Shown: positions 37,195 through 47,748, counted from the first letter of the stretch. The stretch is DNA of 64,000 bases from Polaromonas sp. (GCF_012927455.1 NZ_JABBPE010000003.1:18970-82969), one strand, 5' to 3'. The notes: generated by a model not told the origin, from the sequence alone. Program-made: numbers and translations.

Positions 37195-38694
37195 ATGCCC
37201 TACCTGTCGCCCTTCATCGCCCCCACCCGCTACAACGATCCGGCAGCGGCGCTGGCGCAGGTCCGCGCCATTTACGACCAGCAGATTGCCCATCTGCGCA
37301 GCGCCATGCAACGCTACGTCGCTGGCGAAACGCTGCCCGGCCATGTGCGGGCCTGTTACCCCTTCGTGCGCCTGCACACCGAGACCGTGGCGCGCGCCAT
37401 TCTTGAAACGCCTGACATCTCACAACTCAGCTACGGCTTTGTGGCCGGCCCCGGCCGCTATGAAACCACGCTGACGCGGCCCGATCTGTACGGCCACTAC
37501 TACCTGGAACAATTCCGGCTGCTACTGCAAAACCACAACGTTGAACTTGAAGTCGGCACCAGCACCCAACCCATCCCGGTCCACTTTTCATTCGCCGAGA
37601 ACGATCACATCGAAGGCGCCATGAGCGCTGAACGCCACATGCTGATGCGCGACCTGTTTGACTTGCCTGATTTGGCCGCGATGGACGACGGCATTGCCAA
37701 TGGCACATATGAACCACGCCCGGGCGAGCCACAACCGCTGTCGCTGTTCACGGCGGCGCGGGTCGACTACTCGCTGCAGCGGCTACGCCACTACACCGGC
37801 ACCTCACCCGACTGGTTCCAGAATTTTGTGCTGTTCACTAATTACCAGTTTTATATTGACGAGTTCGTTCGCCTTGGCCACGAAACCATGGCGGACCCGA
37901 ACAGCGAATACATCGCGTTTATCGAGCCCGGCAACCTGGTGACCCGGCGCGTCGGCTTGCCTGCTCGGGCCGGCGACGAACTGGGCGTGGCACCGCCCCG
38001 CCTGCCGCAAATGCCGGCGTATCACCTGCTGCGCGCGGACCGCAGTGGCATCACCATGGTTAACATCGGCGTCGGGCCGGCCAATGCCAAAAACATCACC
38101 GACCACATCGCGGTGCTGCGCCCCCACGCCTGGATCATGCTGGGCCACTGCGCCGGCCTGCGCAACAGCCAGCAGCTTGGTGACTATGTGCTGGCGCACG
38201 GCTATGTGCGCGAAGACCATGTACTCGACGAAGACCTGCCACTGTGGGTGCCGATTCCGGCGCTCGCTGAAATCCAGCAAGCACTCGAGCAAGCCGTGCA
38301 GGACGTGACACACGCCGAAGGGCTGGACCTCAAGCGCATCATGCGCACCGGCACCGTCGCATCCACCGACAACCGCAACTGGGAACTGTTGCCCAGCAAC
38401 CAGGTGCAACGGCGCTTCAGCCAGAGCCGCGCCATTGCACTGGACATGGAGAGCGCCACCATTGCCGCCAACGGCTTTCGCTTTCGCGTGCCTTACGGTA
38501 CCCTGCTGTGCGTCAGCGACAAGCCACTGCACGGCGAGATCAAGCTGCCGGGTATGGCTAACCACTTTTACCGCGAACGCGTTGACCAGCATCTGCGCAT
38601 CGGCATACGCGCCGTAGAACTGCTGCGCCCGCCAGGCAGCAGCCAGCTGCACAGTCGCAAGCTGCGCAGCTTTTCGGAAGTGGCTTTTCAGTAA
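37195..38694 (+). CDS. amn: AMP nucleosidase
   Basis: RVDYSLQRLRHYTGT, FTNYQFYIDEF, NIGVGPANAKNITDH, DMESATIAANGFRFRVPYGTLLCVSDKPLHGE. Confidence 0.93.
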   Translation: MPYLSPFIAPTRYNDPAAALAQVRAIYDQQIAHLRSAMQRYVAGETLPGHVRACYPFVRLHTETVARAILETPDISQLSYGFVAGPGRYETTLTRPDLYGHYYLEQFRLLLQNHNVELEVGTSTQPIPVHFSFAENDHIEGAMSAERHMLMRDLFDLPDLAAMDDGIANGTYEPRPGEPQPLSLFTAARVDYSLQRLRHYTGTSPDWFQNFVLFTNYQFYIDEFVRLGHETMADPNSEYIAFIEPGNLVTRRVGLPARAGDELGVAPPRLPQMPAYHLLRADRSGITMVNIGVGPANAKNITDHIAVLRPHAWIMLGHCAGLRNSQQLGDYVLAHGYVREDHVLDEDLPLWVPIPALAEIQQALEQAVQDVTHAEGLDLKRIMRTGTVASTDNRNWELLPSNQVQRRFSQSRAIALDMESATIAANGFRFRVPYGTLLCVSDKPLHGEIKLPGMANHFYRERVDQHLRIGIRAVELLRPPGSSQLHSRKLRSFSEVAFQ

Positions 38695-38740
38695 ACATCC
38701 CTGACACTTTTTTTGCCGCTGCAGCGACCCAGATTCAGGG

Positions 38741-40564
38741 GTGGAAGATAAATCCATGTTTTTGTTCCGCCAGATAGTCCAGTTCGGGCTCTTGTTGATG
38801 GGTTCGGGTTTCTTATTTCAGCCGTCTATTGCCGACAGCGGCGATAAGGCGGTAGTACGCATTGGCGTGTTGGCCTATAGAGGTCCAGAGGCCGTACAGG
38901 AGGACTGGTCTGCTCTCAGAAACTGGCTTGACGCCGCTCTTCCGGACCGCCGTTTTATTCTGCTTGATTTCGATCAGTCCGGCCTGACGCGTGCAGTGCA
39001 TGACCAAGCCATTGACTTCGTCATCACCAGCAGCGGTCACTATGTCGCCCTCGAAGACAGCGAAGGCGCCAGCCGCATTGCCACCATCGATTCGCCCTGG
39101 GCTGTGTCACCGCGGAAATCGATTGGATCGACCATCGTGGTTCGTCGCGACGCACCGCTCCAGACGCTGGCCGATCTGGCCGGCAAGCATGTCATGGCGG
39201 TCGGACCGGATGCCTTCGGCGGTTACCAGATTGCCGCCGGTGAACTGCTGTGGGCAGGTGTCGATCCCGAGCGCGATCTGGGCCGCCTGCAGTTCACGGG
39301 TTTTCCGATTCAGAAAATCGTCCATGCGGTTCGCGCCGGCCAGGCCGATGCCGGCATCATTCGATCCTGCCTGCTGGAGCAGATGATCCGAAGCGGCGAA
39401 ATCGGCAAAGAAGAATTGCGCGTGCTGGCGCCCATCGCCACTCCAGGCATGAAGTGCCAAACATCATCAAAGCTTTATCCCGACTGGCCCTTCGTCACCT
39501 TGCATCAGACCCCGGCGGATTTATCCAAACGTGTCGCCATGGCTTTGCTGGCGATGCCCAACAGCGCCGAGGGCTATAGCTGGACAGTGCCCAGTGATTA
39601 CAAGGTGGTCGATGACTTGTTTCGGGAACTCAAAATCGGCCCCCATCGCTATCTGCGCGAATGGACTTTCGAGTGGCTCTTGCGGCGCTACTGGGGCTGG
39701 CTACTGCTGGCTCTGGCCCTGCTGGTGGTCTGGGCCGTCTACACCGTGCGGGTCGAACAGTTGGCAAGCCAGCATAGCCGCGCACTGCGCGCCGCACAGG
39801 AAGATCAGCGCCGCATGGCCGAGGAGGCACGCCTGCGCCAGGCCACGCTGGACCATACCGCGCGACTGGCCATTCTTGGTGAAATGGCCAGCGCGATTGC
39901 GCACGAATTGAACCAGCCGCTGGCGGCGATCGGCAACTTCGCCCAAGGCATGGCTAGGCGCATTGGCGCAGGACGACTGGAGCCGGAGGTATTGCTGGAA
40001 GGAACCGGTGAAATCGTCACGCAAAGCGAACGGGCTGCCAGCATCATTCGCAACATCCGCGCTTTTGCCCAAAAAAGACCGCCTGAACGGAAGTCGCTCG
40101 ACTTCAGCGCAGTCGTGGGTGAGACCATCGCCCTGTTCAGCGGTGCCCATCCGCAAGCGCGCCTGAGCTGGCAGCCCGCCGCCACACAGACACCAGCCAT
40201 CGTGATGGCCGACGCCTTGCAGCTTCAGCAGGTCATGATGAATCTGCTGAAAAACGCACTTGATGCGCAGCAGACTGCCGGTCATGCCCAGGCGCCCATC
40301 AAGCTGCAATTGCGAACCGATGACGGCGCCTGCCTGGTCACCGTCAGCGACGCCGGCTGCGGTCTTGCGCCCGAACAGTTTGCGCGCCTGTTCGAACCTT
40401 TTTTCACCACCAAACCCGATGGCCTGGGCCTGGGTTTGTCGCTGAGCAAAGGCATCATCGAATCGTTTGGGGGAACGCTGTCGGCCAGGCCCAATGATGG
40501 CCAGGCCGGGCTGACGGTTTGCATCAGCCTGCCACTGCAAGCGTTATCCTGCACTGCCGCTTAA
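38741..40564 (+). CDS. ttrS: Tetrathionate sensor histidine kinase TtrS-like
   Basis: Periplasmic PhnD-like domain (VRIGVLAYRG, AVGPDAFGGY, YPDWPF), one TM, H-box IAHELNQPL, NLLKNALDA, FFTTKPDGLGLGL. Alternative ATG at 38756. Confidence 0.85.
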   Translation: MEDKSMFLFRQIVQFGLLLMGSGFLFQPSIADSGDKAVVRIGVLAYRGPEAVQEDWSALRNWLDAALPDRRFILLDFDQSGLTRAVHDQAIDFVITSSGHYVALEDSEGASRIATIDSPWAVSPRKSIGSTIVVRRDAPLQTLADLAGKHVMAVGPDAFGGYQIAAGELLWAGVDPERDLGRLQFTGFPIQKIVHAVRAGQADAGIIRSCLLEQMIRSGEIGKEELRVLAPIATPGMKCQTSSKLYPDWPFVTLHQTPADLSKRVAMALLAMPNSAEGYSWTVPSDYKVVDDLFRELKIGPHRYLREWTFEWLLRRYWGWLLLALALLVVWAVYTVRVEQLASQHSRALRAAQEDQRRMAEEARLRQATLDHTARLAILGEMASAIAHELNQPLAAIGNFAQGMARRIGAGRLEPEVLLEGTGEIVTQSERAASIIRNIRAFAQKRPPERKSLDFSAVVGETIALFSGAHPQARLSWQPAATQTPAIVMADALQLQQVMMNLLKNALDAQQTAGHAQAPIKLQLRTDDGACLVTVSDAGCGLAPEQFARLFEPFFTTKPDGLGLGLSLSKGIIESFGGTLSARPNDGQAGLTVCISLPLQALSCTAA

Positions 40565-40666
40565 AGTTTGACAGCTAAAAAATCTCTTAATGAAAACACT
40601 TTTCTCTGACTTCCAACCTACTCACTTTTGGGCTCAAGGCACCGCTTACCCCGTGCGGTTTGCAGC

Positions 40667-41335
40667 ATGACAGCTCAGCCTATAAACGCACGCGATGCCA
40701 TGCTTTTTGTCGTTGACGACGATGCGGCCATGCGCCGCTCGCTGGCCTACCTGTTTGATTCAGCAGGCTGGCGCGTCGCGTCTTTCGAGTCGGCGCATGA
40801 CTTTCTTGACCGCTACGACGGACATGTGCCGGGGTGCCTGGTGCTTGACGTGCGCATGCCGCTGATGAGCGGGCTGGAACTGCAGCAAGCGCTCAAGAAT
40901 CGTGCTATCAGCTTGCCCATCATCTTTCTGACCGGCCACGGCGATCTGGCGATGGCGGTACAGGCGATGAAAACAGGCGCCTGCGACTTCCTCGAAAAAC
41001 CCTGCAAGGACCAGGTGTTGCTCGATGCGGTGACACGCGCGGTGCAGCGCAACATCAGGGACTGCGAGGCAAACACCCAATGTCACACGGCCCAGGCGGC
41101 ACTAGCTGCCCTAACGACACGCGAGCGCGAGGTGGCGGAACTGCTGGCGCTTGGCAAACCCAACAAGATTATTGCCCGCGAACTTGGAATCAGCGAAAAA
41201 ACGGTCCAGGTGCATCGCCACAACACCATGGAAAAACTCGGCATCCATTCGGCAGCGGAAATCACCCGTTTGCTGATGGCATCAAAGACGGCGCCAGCCG
41301 ATTCACATCAGGAACCGCCCGGTCAAGCTGCATAG
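40667..41335 (+). CDS. ttrR: FixJ/TtrR-type response regulator
   Basis: VVDDD, LDVRMPLMSG, FLTGHG, FLEKP and a LuxR-type HTH (LTTREREV...SEKTVQVHR). Confidence 0.85.
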   Translation: MTAQPINARDAMLFVVDDDAAMRRSLAYLFDSAGWRVASFESAHDFLDRYDGHVPGCLVLDVRMPLMSGLELQQALKNRAISLPIIFLTGHGDLAMAVQAMKTGACDFLEKPCKDQVLLDAVTRAVQRNIRDCEANTQCHTAQAALAALTTREREVAELLALGKPNKIIARELGISEKTVQVHRHNTMEKLGIHSAAEITRLLMASKTAPADSHQEPPGQAA

Positions 41336-41337
41336 CC

Positions 41338-42153
41338 TTATCGAGGCTGCGTGCGCAAGCGATTCAATTTACTCGCCAGCGAAGCAGCCGATAGCTCGCC
41401 CAGGTGGGTATCCACCAGCCTTCCGCCGGCGTCATAGAACAAGGTGGTTGGCAAGGACCCGGAGCCGACCTCGCGGCCAATGCCGGAAGAAGCATCGAGC
41501 AAGACATTGGCAAGGTCGAGCCGATCGGCGGCCAGATACTTCTGCGCGGTGGCTGCGGCTTCACCCTGATTGATAAACACAAAACTCACCCCGGTTTCCC
41601 GCTTTTGCGCGGCAGCGAGCACCGGCATTTCGCGCCGGCACGGCGGGCACCAGGTGGCCCAGAGGTTGACGACCATCGGCTTCCCGGCAGCCAGCACGGC
41701 AAGCTGGGTTGGCGCACCGGCCAGCGTCGTCAACGCCTGTTGGGGCAGCGCCGGTTGTTGCGTCAGACTTTGCCCCACGAACATCGCGCCGCCCCAGACC
41801 AGCGTGCCGGCCACCAGTCCCGAGGCCAGCGGCTTACGCAGTGCGGGCCGGCGCCAGCCACGCCAGAGAGCCAGCAGCAGCGCCGCGCCGATTCCGGCCC
41901 AGGGTGTGAAACCGCCATCCCGGATATCGAGCATGGACCAGGGCGCGCTGCGGTAAGTGTCGAACCAGATGACGATGAAAGCCAGGCGCGCCACCAGCGC
42001 AGCGGCAATCACCATGTCACTCAAGGTATTGCCCAAGCCCGTCGGCTGGCCGCGCCCGGCCAGCTTGCCCACCCATGCCGCCACCAAGAATGCCAGCGCC
42101 ATCAGCAGCAAGTTAACCGACACCGCCAGCGGGCCCAGATTCACGGTCAGCAT
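41338..42153 (-). CDS. Membrane-anchored TlpA-family disulfide reductase with an Lgt-like N-terminus
   Basis: Four TM helices (ARLAFIVIW..Y...PWSMLDIRDGGF), then WATWCPPCRREMP and LPTTLFYD. Confidence 0.85.
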   Translation of the reverse strand: MLTVNLGPLAVSVNLLLMALAFLVAAWVGKLAGRGQPTGLGNTLSDMVIAAALVARLAFIVIWFDTYRSAPWSMLDIRDGGFTPWAGIGAALLLALWRGWRRPALRKPLASGLVAGTLVWGGAMFVGQSLTQQPALPQQALTTLAGAPTQLAVLAAGKPMVVNLWATWCPPCRREMPVLAAAQKRETGVSFVFINQGEAAATAQKYLAADRLDLANVLLDASSGIGREVGSGSLPTTLFYDAGGRLVDTHLGELSAASLASKLNRLRTQPR

Positions 42154-42315
42154 ATTCCGACTCCTGACAACAGCATGGCAACTGCCGGCAGTCGCTGCAC
42201 GGTCTGTCCATGCGCCACCCAATCGGCTATCGCACCGGGCAGCAAGTTCTTATTGATTCGCATAGTGGCTTCCTGTTGGCTTGCAAAATTGGCTCCAGAG
42301 TAACCTGCCATGCGC

Positions 42316-42346
42316 AAAAGCCCAGGCGGGGCAGATCCGCCTGGGC
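42316..42346 (-). terminator. Terminator after the sulfurtransferase gene
   Basis: Stem GCCCAGGCGG/CCGCCTGGGC with AAAA on the plus-strand 5' side. Confidence 0.6.
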
Positions 42347-42410
42347 GCGCGAAGGGGAAGGCTGCTAACGCGGTCACACGGTAAACGTTACCGCACTTGC
42401 TGCGGCTATG

Positions 42411-43388
42411 CTATTGCCGCGCAACCGACTCGAGCGCCCGCTTTTCCAGCGTCCACTGATGCATGGAGCCGTCATACAGGCGCGCCTGCTTGTTGCCGAG
42501 AATCTCTGACAGCACAAACCAGTTGCCGGCGGCCAGGCTGCCGGTATTGCAATAAGTAATTACGGGGGCTTGCGGATCGACGCCGCTGGCCTTGTAGACA
42601 TTGCGGTAAGTCGCCAGGGAAAGCATGCGGGTCGCAGCGCCATCGGTCGTCAGCAATTCCGAGGAAACGTTTTTGGCGCCCGGAATATGACCATAGCCCG
42701 ACACCATGTCTTTTTTGCTCAGCCCCAGATACTGGGAAGTGATGCGCGCATCCACCAGCTGCACGCTCTTGCCGGCAAGCGCTTTTTCAACATCTTCCGA
42801 AGTTGCCACCATCTGTGCGCGCTCAGGCTTGGCCACCCAGTTGCCCTCAAGCACTTTGGACGGTGCCGTAGTAAGGTCACGGCCTTCGGCAAGCCACGCC
42901 GCTGTACCGCCGTTGACGATGGCAATGTTGTCTTCGCCATACACCTTGAATTGCCAGTACAGACGGGCCGCCTCATTCAAGTCGGAAGGATGCTGACCTG
43001 CCGCCACGATCACGACCGGACGGCCCTGCTGCACCCCCCATTGGCGTGCCAGCTTTTCAAAGTCGGCGCGCTGCGGCAGCATGAACTTGACCTTGAGCGC
43101 CCCGATGACGCGCTCGACTCGCACGCTGGCGTTATCAACTGGCGCGGCATCCTGAATGTGGCCGCCAAGTTCGCGCAGCACCTTTTTGCCACTCTTCTTG
43201 TCGGTCTCAAACTGCGCTGTCGTCAGAAAGGTCTTCTGATCCGGACGAACATCGAGCACCGTGACTTCGGCCTTGTTGCTGGCCAGCCATTCGCCATCCA
43301 CCACGGGACCTGGTACCTGCAAGGCCCAGCCCCATTGGGCGACGCAAAGCAGGGCAGCGCCCGTCATGTACTTCATCGGCATTTTCAT
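42411..43388 (-). CDS. Exported tandem-domain rhodanese (sulfurtransferase)
   Basis: Signal-peptide-like N-terminus, LDVRP, VDAR, GHIPGAKN, active-site loop YCNTGSLA, YDGSMHQW. Confidence 0.85.
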   Translation of the reverse strand: MKMPMKYMTGAALLCVAQWGWALQVPGPVVDGEWLASNKAEVTVLDVRPDQKTFLTTAQFETDKKSGKKVLRELGGHIQDAAPVDNASVRVERVIGALKVKFMLPQRADFEKLARQWGVQQGRPVVIVAAGQHPSDLNEAARLYWQFKVYGEDNIAIVNGGTAAWLAEGRDLTTAPSKVLEGNWVAKPERAQMVATSEDVEKALAGKSVQLVDARITSQYLGLSKKDMVSGYGHIPGAKNVSSELLTTDGAATRMLSLATYRNVYKASGVDPQAPVITYCNTGSLAAGNWFVLSEILGNKQARLYDGSMHQWTLEKRALESVARQ

Positions 43389-43499
43389 CTTGATTCCTTC
43401 AGTGATGTTGATTTGGAACCTGGGCTTGCAGATACAAGCGCGTCTGGCAGCCTCTTATGTCGGTTATGTCCGCTACGTCCGCTCTGTCCGCAATGTCCA

Positions 43500-46400
43500 T
43501 CAGGCCCGCACCAGCCTTGCCGGCAAGCCCTGCCGCACCGTGCTGCCCGCCACCGGATCGACAAACACATTGCGTCCGTTGCGCGTCGGGTCGCTCAATC
43601 CGAGATCGTTGAGATTGATGCCAGCGCCTATCGCCGCTTCGTGCGGTTGCGCTCTGTCGCCGATGCGGTGCGAGCGCGCACCGAGTTCGCGATGGCCAAA
43701 GCCGTGTTCCACCGCCACCACGCCGCGCTGCACGCCGTGGCGCAGCAGCACGGTCGCCCTGGCGCGGCCTCCCGGGGTTTCGAGATAGACCTGGTCGCCG
43801 CTGCGCAGGTCCAGCCCGGCCGCATCGTCCGGATGCAGCGCCACCGGGTTGTCCGGATGGATGCCGCGCAAGCGCCGCGCGCCAATACTGTAGGAGTTTT
43901 GCAGCGGCGATTTGTAGCTGATCAATTGCAGCGGCCATTGCGCCTCGGGGTAGTGGCTGCGCACCAGAGTCCCATCCGCGAAAGCCGGTTGCTGCCAGGT
44001 CGGACTGCCCGAAAAGCGCTTGCCACTCAAGCTGCTTTTGCTGGTGCCGACATTTTCGTTGTACAGCATCATGGGTTTGGTGAAGCGGTACGTGGACCAG
44101 TCTGACGGATAAGGCGCTTCTTCCTGCGCTGCAGCAACGACAGCGCCCACGGCCAACGGTAGCCTCATGCCGAACATTTCCTGCAAGCTTTGATAACGCC
44201 CTCCCCGCGCCAGCATAAACGCCACCTTGCGCCACTCTTCGGGCTTGAGGGTTTTTTCCAGCTGGGGTCGAATGCGGCTCACGCCCGACAGCAAGAGATC
44301 GTCGTCGCTCGCGTCAGGCACCGGCGCCTTGCCCTGCCACGCAATATTGGCACCGCCGCGCAGGTACCAGTCTTCGGGCCGTTCCAGCGCGCAGGGCTCG
44401 CCGCTGCTGTCGGTCAGCCCGGCCGCGCCGAAGCCGGGCAGGGCCAGGGCCTTGGCCAGCGCCAGGAAGAAAGTTTCCATGCCGATAGCCTGGCCGTCGG
44501 CCAGCTTCTGGGCTTTGGGCTCGACCACTGGCCAGCGTGCCGTGCTCAGTTTGACGGCCACGCCAGCCCAGGCGCCGGCCCAGCCCCAACTTTCATACAT
44601 CAGCGAATCCGGAACGATGTAGTCGGCAAAAGCGTTGGTTTCGTTGGTGAACGGATCGACGGACACGATCAGTGGCAGCTTCTTCGGATCAGCCAGATCC
44701 TTTTCAATCTGGGCGCGCAGCCCGGTGATGCCGTAGAGCGGATTGCAGCTCCACAGGATCAGCGCCTTGAGCGAATACGGATAGCCATTGACGGCGCTGC
44801 TCAGCCATTCAGATGCCAGGCCGGGCGCATTGGGGTACCACGGTGCTTGCGCCGGGTAGGCCTTGCCCCCGGCCTTTTTGCGCTTGAACTCGGCGGTTTT
44901 TTCGTAAGCAACGTTGCGTCCGAGCGGCATGCCGCCGGGCTTGACCGCGCCGGCAAAGCTTTCCAGGTTGTAGCGCGGCCCGTCGCCGGCATCTTTGAAG
45001 CTGCCACCGTTGACCAGCGTGCCGCCCTGGCGGTTCAGATTGCCGATCAGGGTGTTGAGCATGAGCAGCGCGTAGGCATTGTAAAAGCCGCTGCCGGCCA
45101 TCATGCCGCCATGCGCACTGAGCGCGGCGCGCTTGCCGTGGCTGGTGAATTCGCGCGCCAGCCCCTCGATGACGGGCACGGGAATGCCGCAGGCAGCCGA
45201 ATAATCGGCCAGGCTGTGCTTGAAGGACTGGTCGCGCAACAGGCTCATCGCGCTTTGCAGCTTCAGCGTTTCGCTGCCGATTTGCAGCGCGCCGTCAAAA
45301 AACAGTTCCGCCTTGGCTTTGGCATCGGTGTGAATGACGGCTTGTTGCGCCGCGAGATCGAAGACGACGAAAGGATCCTTTTCCTGGTAGCGCTCTTCTT
45401 CGGCCAAAGCCATGCCGAGATCCGAGCCACGCAGGTAGCGGCCATCGCGCGCATGACCGGGCTGCACGATCACCAGGTGGGTGGCGTTGCTCCAGCTCGC
45501 CTCGCCGGCGGCCTCGGCCGCCTTCAAGTTGGGCTGAACCAGATAGTGCCGGTCATAGCGTTCCTGCTCGATGATCCAGCGGATCATCGCCATCGCCAGC
45601 GCGCTGTCGGTGCCCGGCTTGATCGGCACCCAGCGGCTGCGCTCGGCTGAAGCCAGGCTGTCGGCGTGGCTCAGCACCGGATCGACCACCACGTAGCTGA
45701 ATTGGCTGTTGCCCGCGCGCGCCTTGGCCAGCAGCGTGCCTTGCCGCTTGAACGGGTTGCCGGCATTGCCGGGCGCGGTGCCGACAAAGATGCAGAACTC
45801 GACATGCTCCAGGTCCGGCTTGGCATGCGGCATTTTCTTCATGTCGCCGAACATTGCGCCCGAACCGCTGCGGTAGGCGCCGCCGCAGTAGGACCCATGG
45901 CCCACCATGTTCAGGCTGCCGTAAGACTGTTTGAAGAAACGCTCGACAAAGGGCTCGCGGCCCTCGTTGGTGCTCGACATCAGGCCGACCTGGTTGACCC
46001 TGGGGCCAAGTTCGGGTTGCTGCGCATCGATCGGCGTTTGCAGGTCGCGCAAGGCGCGCAAACCCTGCACCTCGCCTTCACCGAACAAATTGCCGCCTTC
46101 GACGATCTCCTTGACCAGCTGGTCGAACGCGATCGGCTGCCACTGGCCGCTGCCGCGCGGGCCGACACGCTTCATCGGCGCCAGCACGCGAAAGGGCGAA
46201 TCCATTTGCTCCAGCACGCCGTTGCCGCGCCCGCAGGCGGTCGAGCGGCCTTTCAGTCCTTTTTCCTGGTAGCGCGTGAGCGAGACAAAGCTGCCCCTGA
46301 TCGAGGTCTGAAAAGGCAGCGGCGGATCAGCTGACAGCGGGCTGTACGGGTTACCGGCCACGCGCAGTACCTTGCCGCCTTTTTTATCAATGCGCACCCG

Positions 46401-46658
46401 CACACCGCAAAAGGTGGTGCAGCCCATGCACATCGTGTAGCTGACCTGCTGCTCCGGGTTGATGCGCAAGGCGCCGGTGGCCGGATTGACGCTGAACTCG
46501 GGCACCAGCGAATTGCCGTGCAGGCGCTGCTGAGGCTTGTCCTTGCCGAGCACATGATCAAGCATGCGCCCTGCCGTTGTCGAGGCGCCGGCGGCAAAGG
46601 CCGTGAGGCCGCCGCCAATGGCAGCCTTGCGTAAAAATGAACGCCGTTTGTCTTCCAT
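43500..46658 (-). CDS. ttrA: Tetrathionate reductase catalytic subunit A (Mo-bisPGD, 4Fe-4S)
   Basis: Tat motif KRRSFLR, CMGCTTFCGVRVR, NPYSPLS, STACGRG, HGSYCG, C-terminal GVVAVEHGFGH. Follows ttrB and ttrC. Confidence 0.92.
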   Translation of the reverse strand: MEDKRRSFLRKAAIGGGLTAFAAGASTTAGRMLDHVLGKDKPQQRLHGNSLVPEFSVNPATGALRINPEQQVSYTMCMGCTTFCGVRVRIDKKGGKVLRVAGNPYSPLSADPPLPFQTSIRGSFVSLTRYQEKGLKGRSTACGRGNGVLEQMDSPFRVLAPMKRVGPRGSGQWQPIAFDQLVKEIVEGGNLFGEGEVQGLRALRDLQTPIDAQQPELGPRVNQVGLMSSTNEGREPFVERFFKQSYGSLNMVGHGSYCGGAYRSGSGAMFGDMKKMPHAKPDLEHVEFCIFVGTAPGNAGNPFKRQGTLLAKARAGNSQFSYVVVDPVLSHADSLASAERSRWVPIKPGTDSALAMAMIRWIIEQERYDRHYLVQPNLKAAEAAGEASWSNATHLVIVQPGHARDGRYLRGSDLGMALAEEERYQEKDPFVVFDLAAQQAVIHTDAKAKAELFFDGALQIGSETLKLQSAMSLLRDQSFKHSLADYSAACGIPVPVIEGLAREFTSHGKRAALSAHGGMMAGSGFYNAYALLMLNTLIGNLNRQGGTLVNGGSFKDAGDGPRYNLESFAGAVKPGGMPLGRNVAYEKTAEFKRKKAGGKAYPAQAPWYPNAPGLASEWLSSAVNGYPYSLKALILWSCNPLYGITGLRAQIEKDLADPKKLPLIVSVDPFTNETNAFADYIVPDSLMYESWGWAGAWAGVAVKLSTARWPVVEPKAQKLADGQAIGMETFFLALAKALALPGFGAAGLTDSSGEPCALERPEDWYLRGGANIAWQGKAPVPDASDDDLLLSGVSRIRPQLEKTLKPEEWRKVAFMLARGGRYQSLQEMFGMRLPLAVGAVVAAAQEEAPYPSDWSTYRFTKPMMLYNENVGTSKSSLSGKRFSGSPTWQQPAFADGTLVRSHYPEAQWPLQLISYKSPLQNSYSIGARRLRGIHPDNPVALHPDDAAGLDLRSGDQVYLETPGGRARATVLLRHGVQRGVVAVEHGFGHRELGARSHRIGDRAQPHEAAIGAGINLNDLGLSDPTRNGRNVFVDPVAGSTVRQGLPARLVRA

Positions 46659-46668
46659 GAATAACCCC

Positions 46669-47748
46669 TTAGTGCTCAGCCATCGCGCTATCGGGGAGCG
46701 CACTGGCTGGCTGAGTTTTGCGGCTGGCAACGCTGTCAAAGGCCGGCCCGGCCCATGGCAGGTAATCAATCATCAAGATCAGCAATGCGATCCATAAACC
46801 AAAGGTGCCGACGATGCCGAGCAGGCCGTCGCTGCCCAGCGGCAGCTGGTAGTCGTACAGGCCTGCGCCGGTTTTAGGAATGTCCTGGCCGCCGATGAGG
46901 ATGGTCCAGCGCATCATCCAGGCACTGTGCACGGCAATCAGACCGGTCATCAGGCCGCTGCTAGCCGGGCGCCAGATCGCCAGCGCCATCGGCAGGATGC
47001 TTGCCAGCACCGCCCACACCGCCGTGAGCTGCCAACGCGGCAGGCCGGCCACCTGATTCAGGGCGGCGCTGTGCGAGGGGCTGAGGCCGGACAGGCTGAC
47101 GAACAGCCAGCTTCCGCCCAGCGTCAGCACCGCCGCCAGCGCGAGCACCAGCAGGCGGCTCAAACTGATTTCCAGCTGCCTGTCGTGGCGGCCAATCAAG
47201 CGGTTGAACAGCAGCAGCAAGCCGACGGCGCCGACAAAGGCCGTCGCGGCAAACTGCAGGGGCAGAAAAGGCGTGTTCCACAGCGGCCGCGCTTGCACCA
47301 CCATCACCTCCATGCCGGTATACAGCGCCACCAGCACGGCGCCTGCCAGCGTCAGCAGCGCCGCGGCGGCGAGGGCCGGCCGCCTGGCCGGGCCGCCGCG
47401 CAGCGCCAGCCACGCATACAGCATCAGGCCGCCGAGATACACCGGAATAAAAAAGGAGCCCCACGACATCCACGATTGCGGCTGGAAATACAGGTAGAAA
47501 TAATAAAACCGCCCCGGACCGTGCAGGTCGGCCAGCAAGGCCACCGGCGCTGTCAGTCCGCAAACCAGCGCGCCGAGCAGCGCCAAACGGCCCTGTCTCT
47601 CATGCTGGGCGCGACCGAAAACAAAATACGGCAGCGTCAGCATGAAGCTGCCATAGCTCAGCCCGATCAGGAAAAAGTACTGCACGGCCCACGGCAACCA
47701 GGCGGCGCCGCTGGTCACGTTGAACACTTCGATGATTTGACTGTTCAT
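46669..47748 (-). CDS. ttrC: Tetrathionate reductase membrane anchor (NrfD family)
   Basis: WLPWAVQYFFLIG, LADLHGPGRF, SWMSWGSFF, ALYTGME, RWTILIGGQ; multi-TM. Confidence 0.9.
   Translation of the reverse strand: MNSQIIEVFNVTSGAAWLPWAVQYFFLIGLSYGSFMLTLPYFVFGRAQHERQGRLALLGALVCGLTAPVALLADLHGPGRFYYFYLYFQPQSWMSWGSFFIPVYLGGLMLYAWLALRGGPARRPALAAAALLTLAGAVLVALYTGMEVMVVQARPLWNTPFLPLQFAATAFVGAVGLLLLFNRLIGRHDRQLEISLSRLLVLALAAVLTLGGSWLFVSLSGLSPSHSAALNQVAGLPRWQLTAVWAVLASILPMALAIWRPASSGLMTGLIAVHSAWMMRWTILIGGQDIPKTGAGLYDYQLPLGSDGLLGIVGTFGLWIALLILMIDYLPWAGPAFDSVASRKTQPASALPDSAMAEH

Noticed and set aside
44190-45650. Long plus-strand ORFs over ttrA and the rhodanese (also 42570-44105)
   Set aside because: Shadows of well-supported minus-strand genes.
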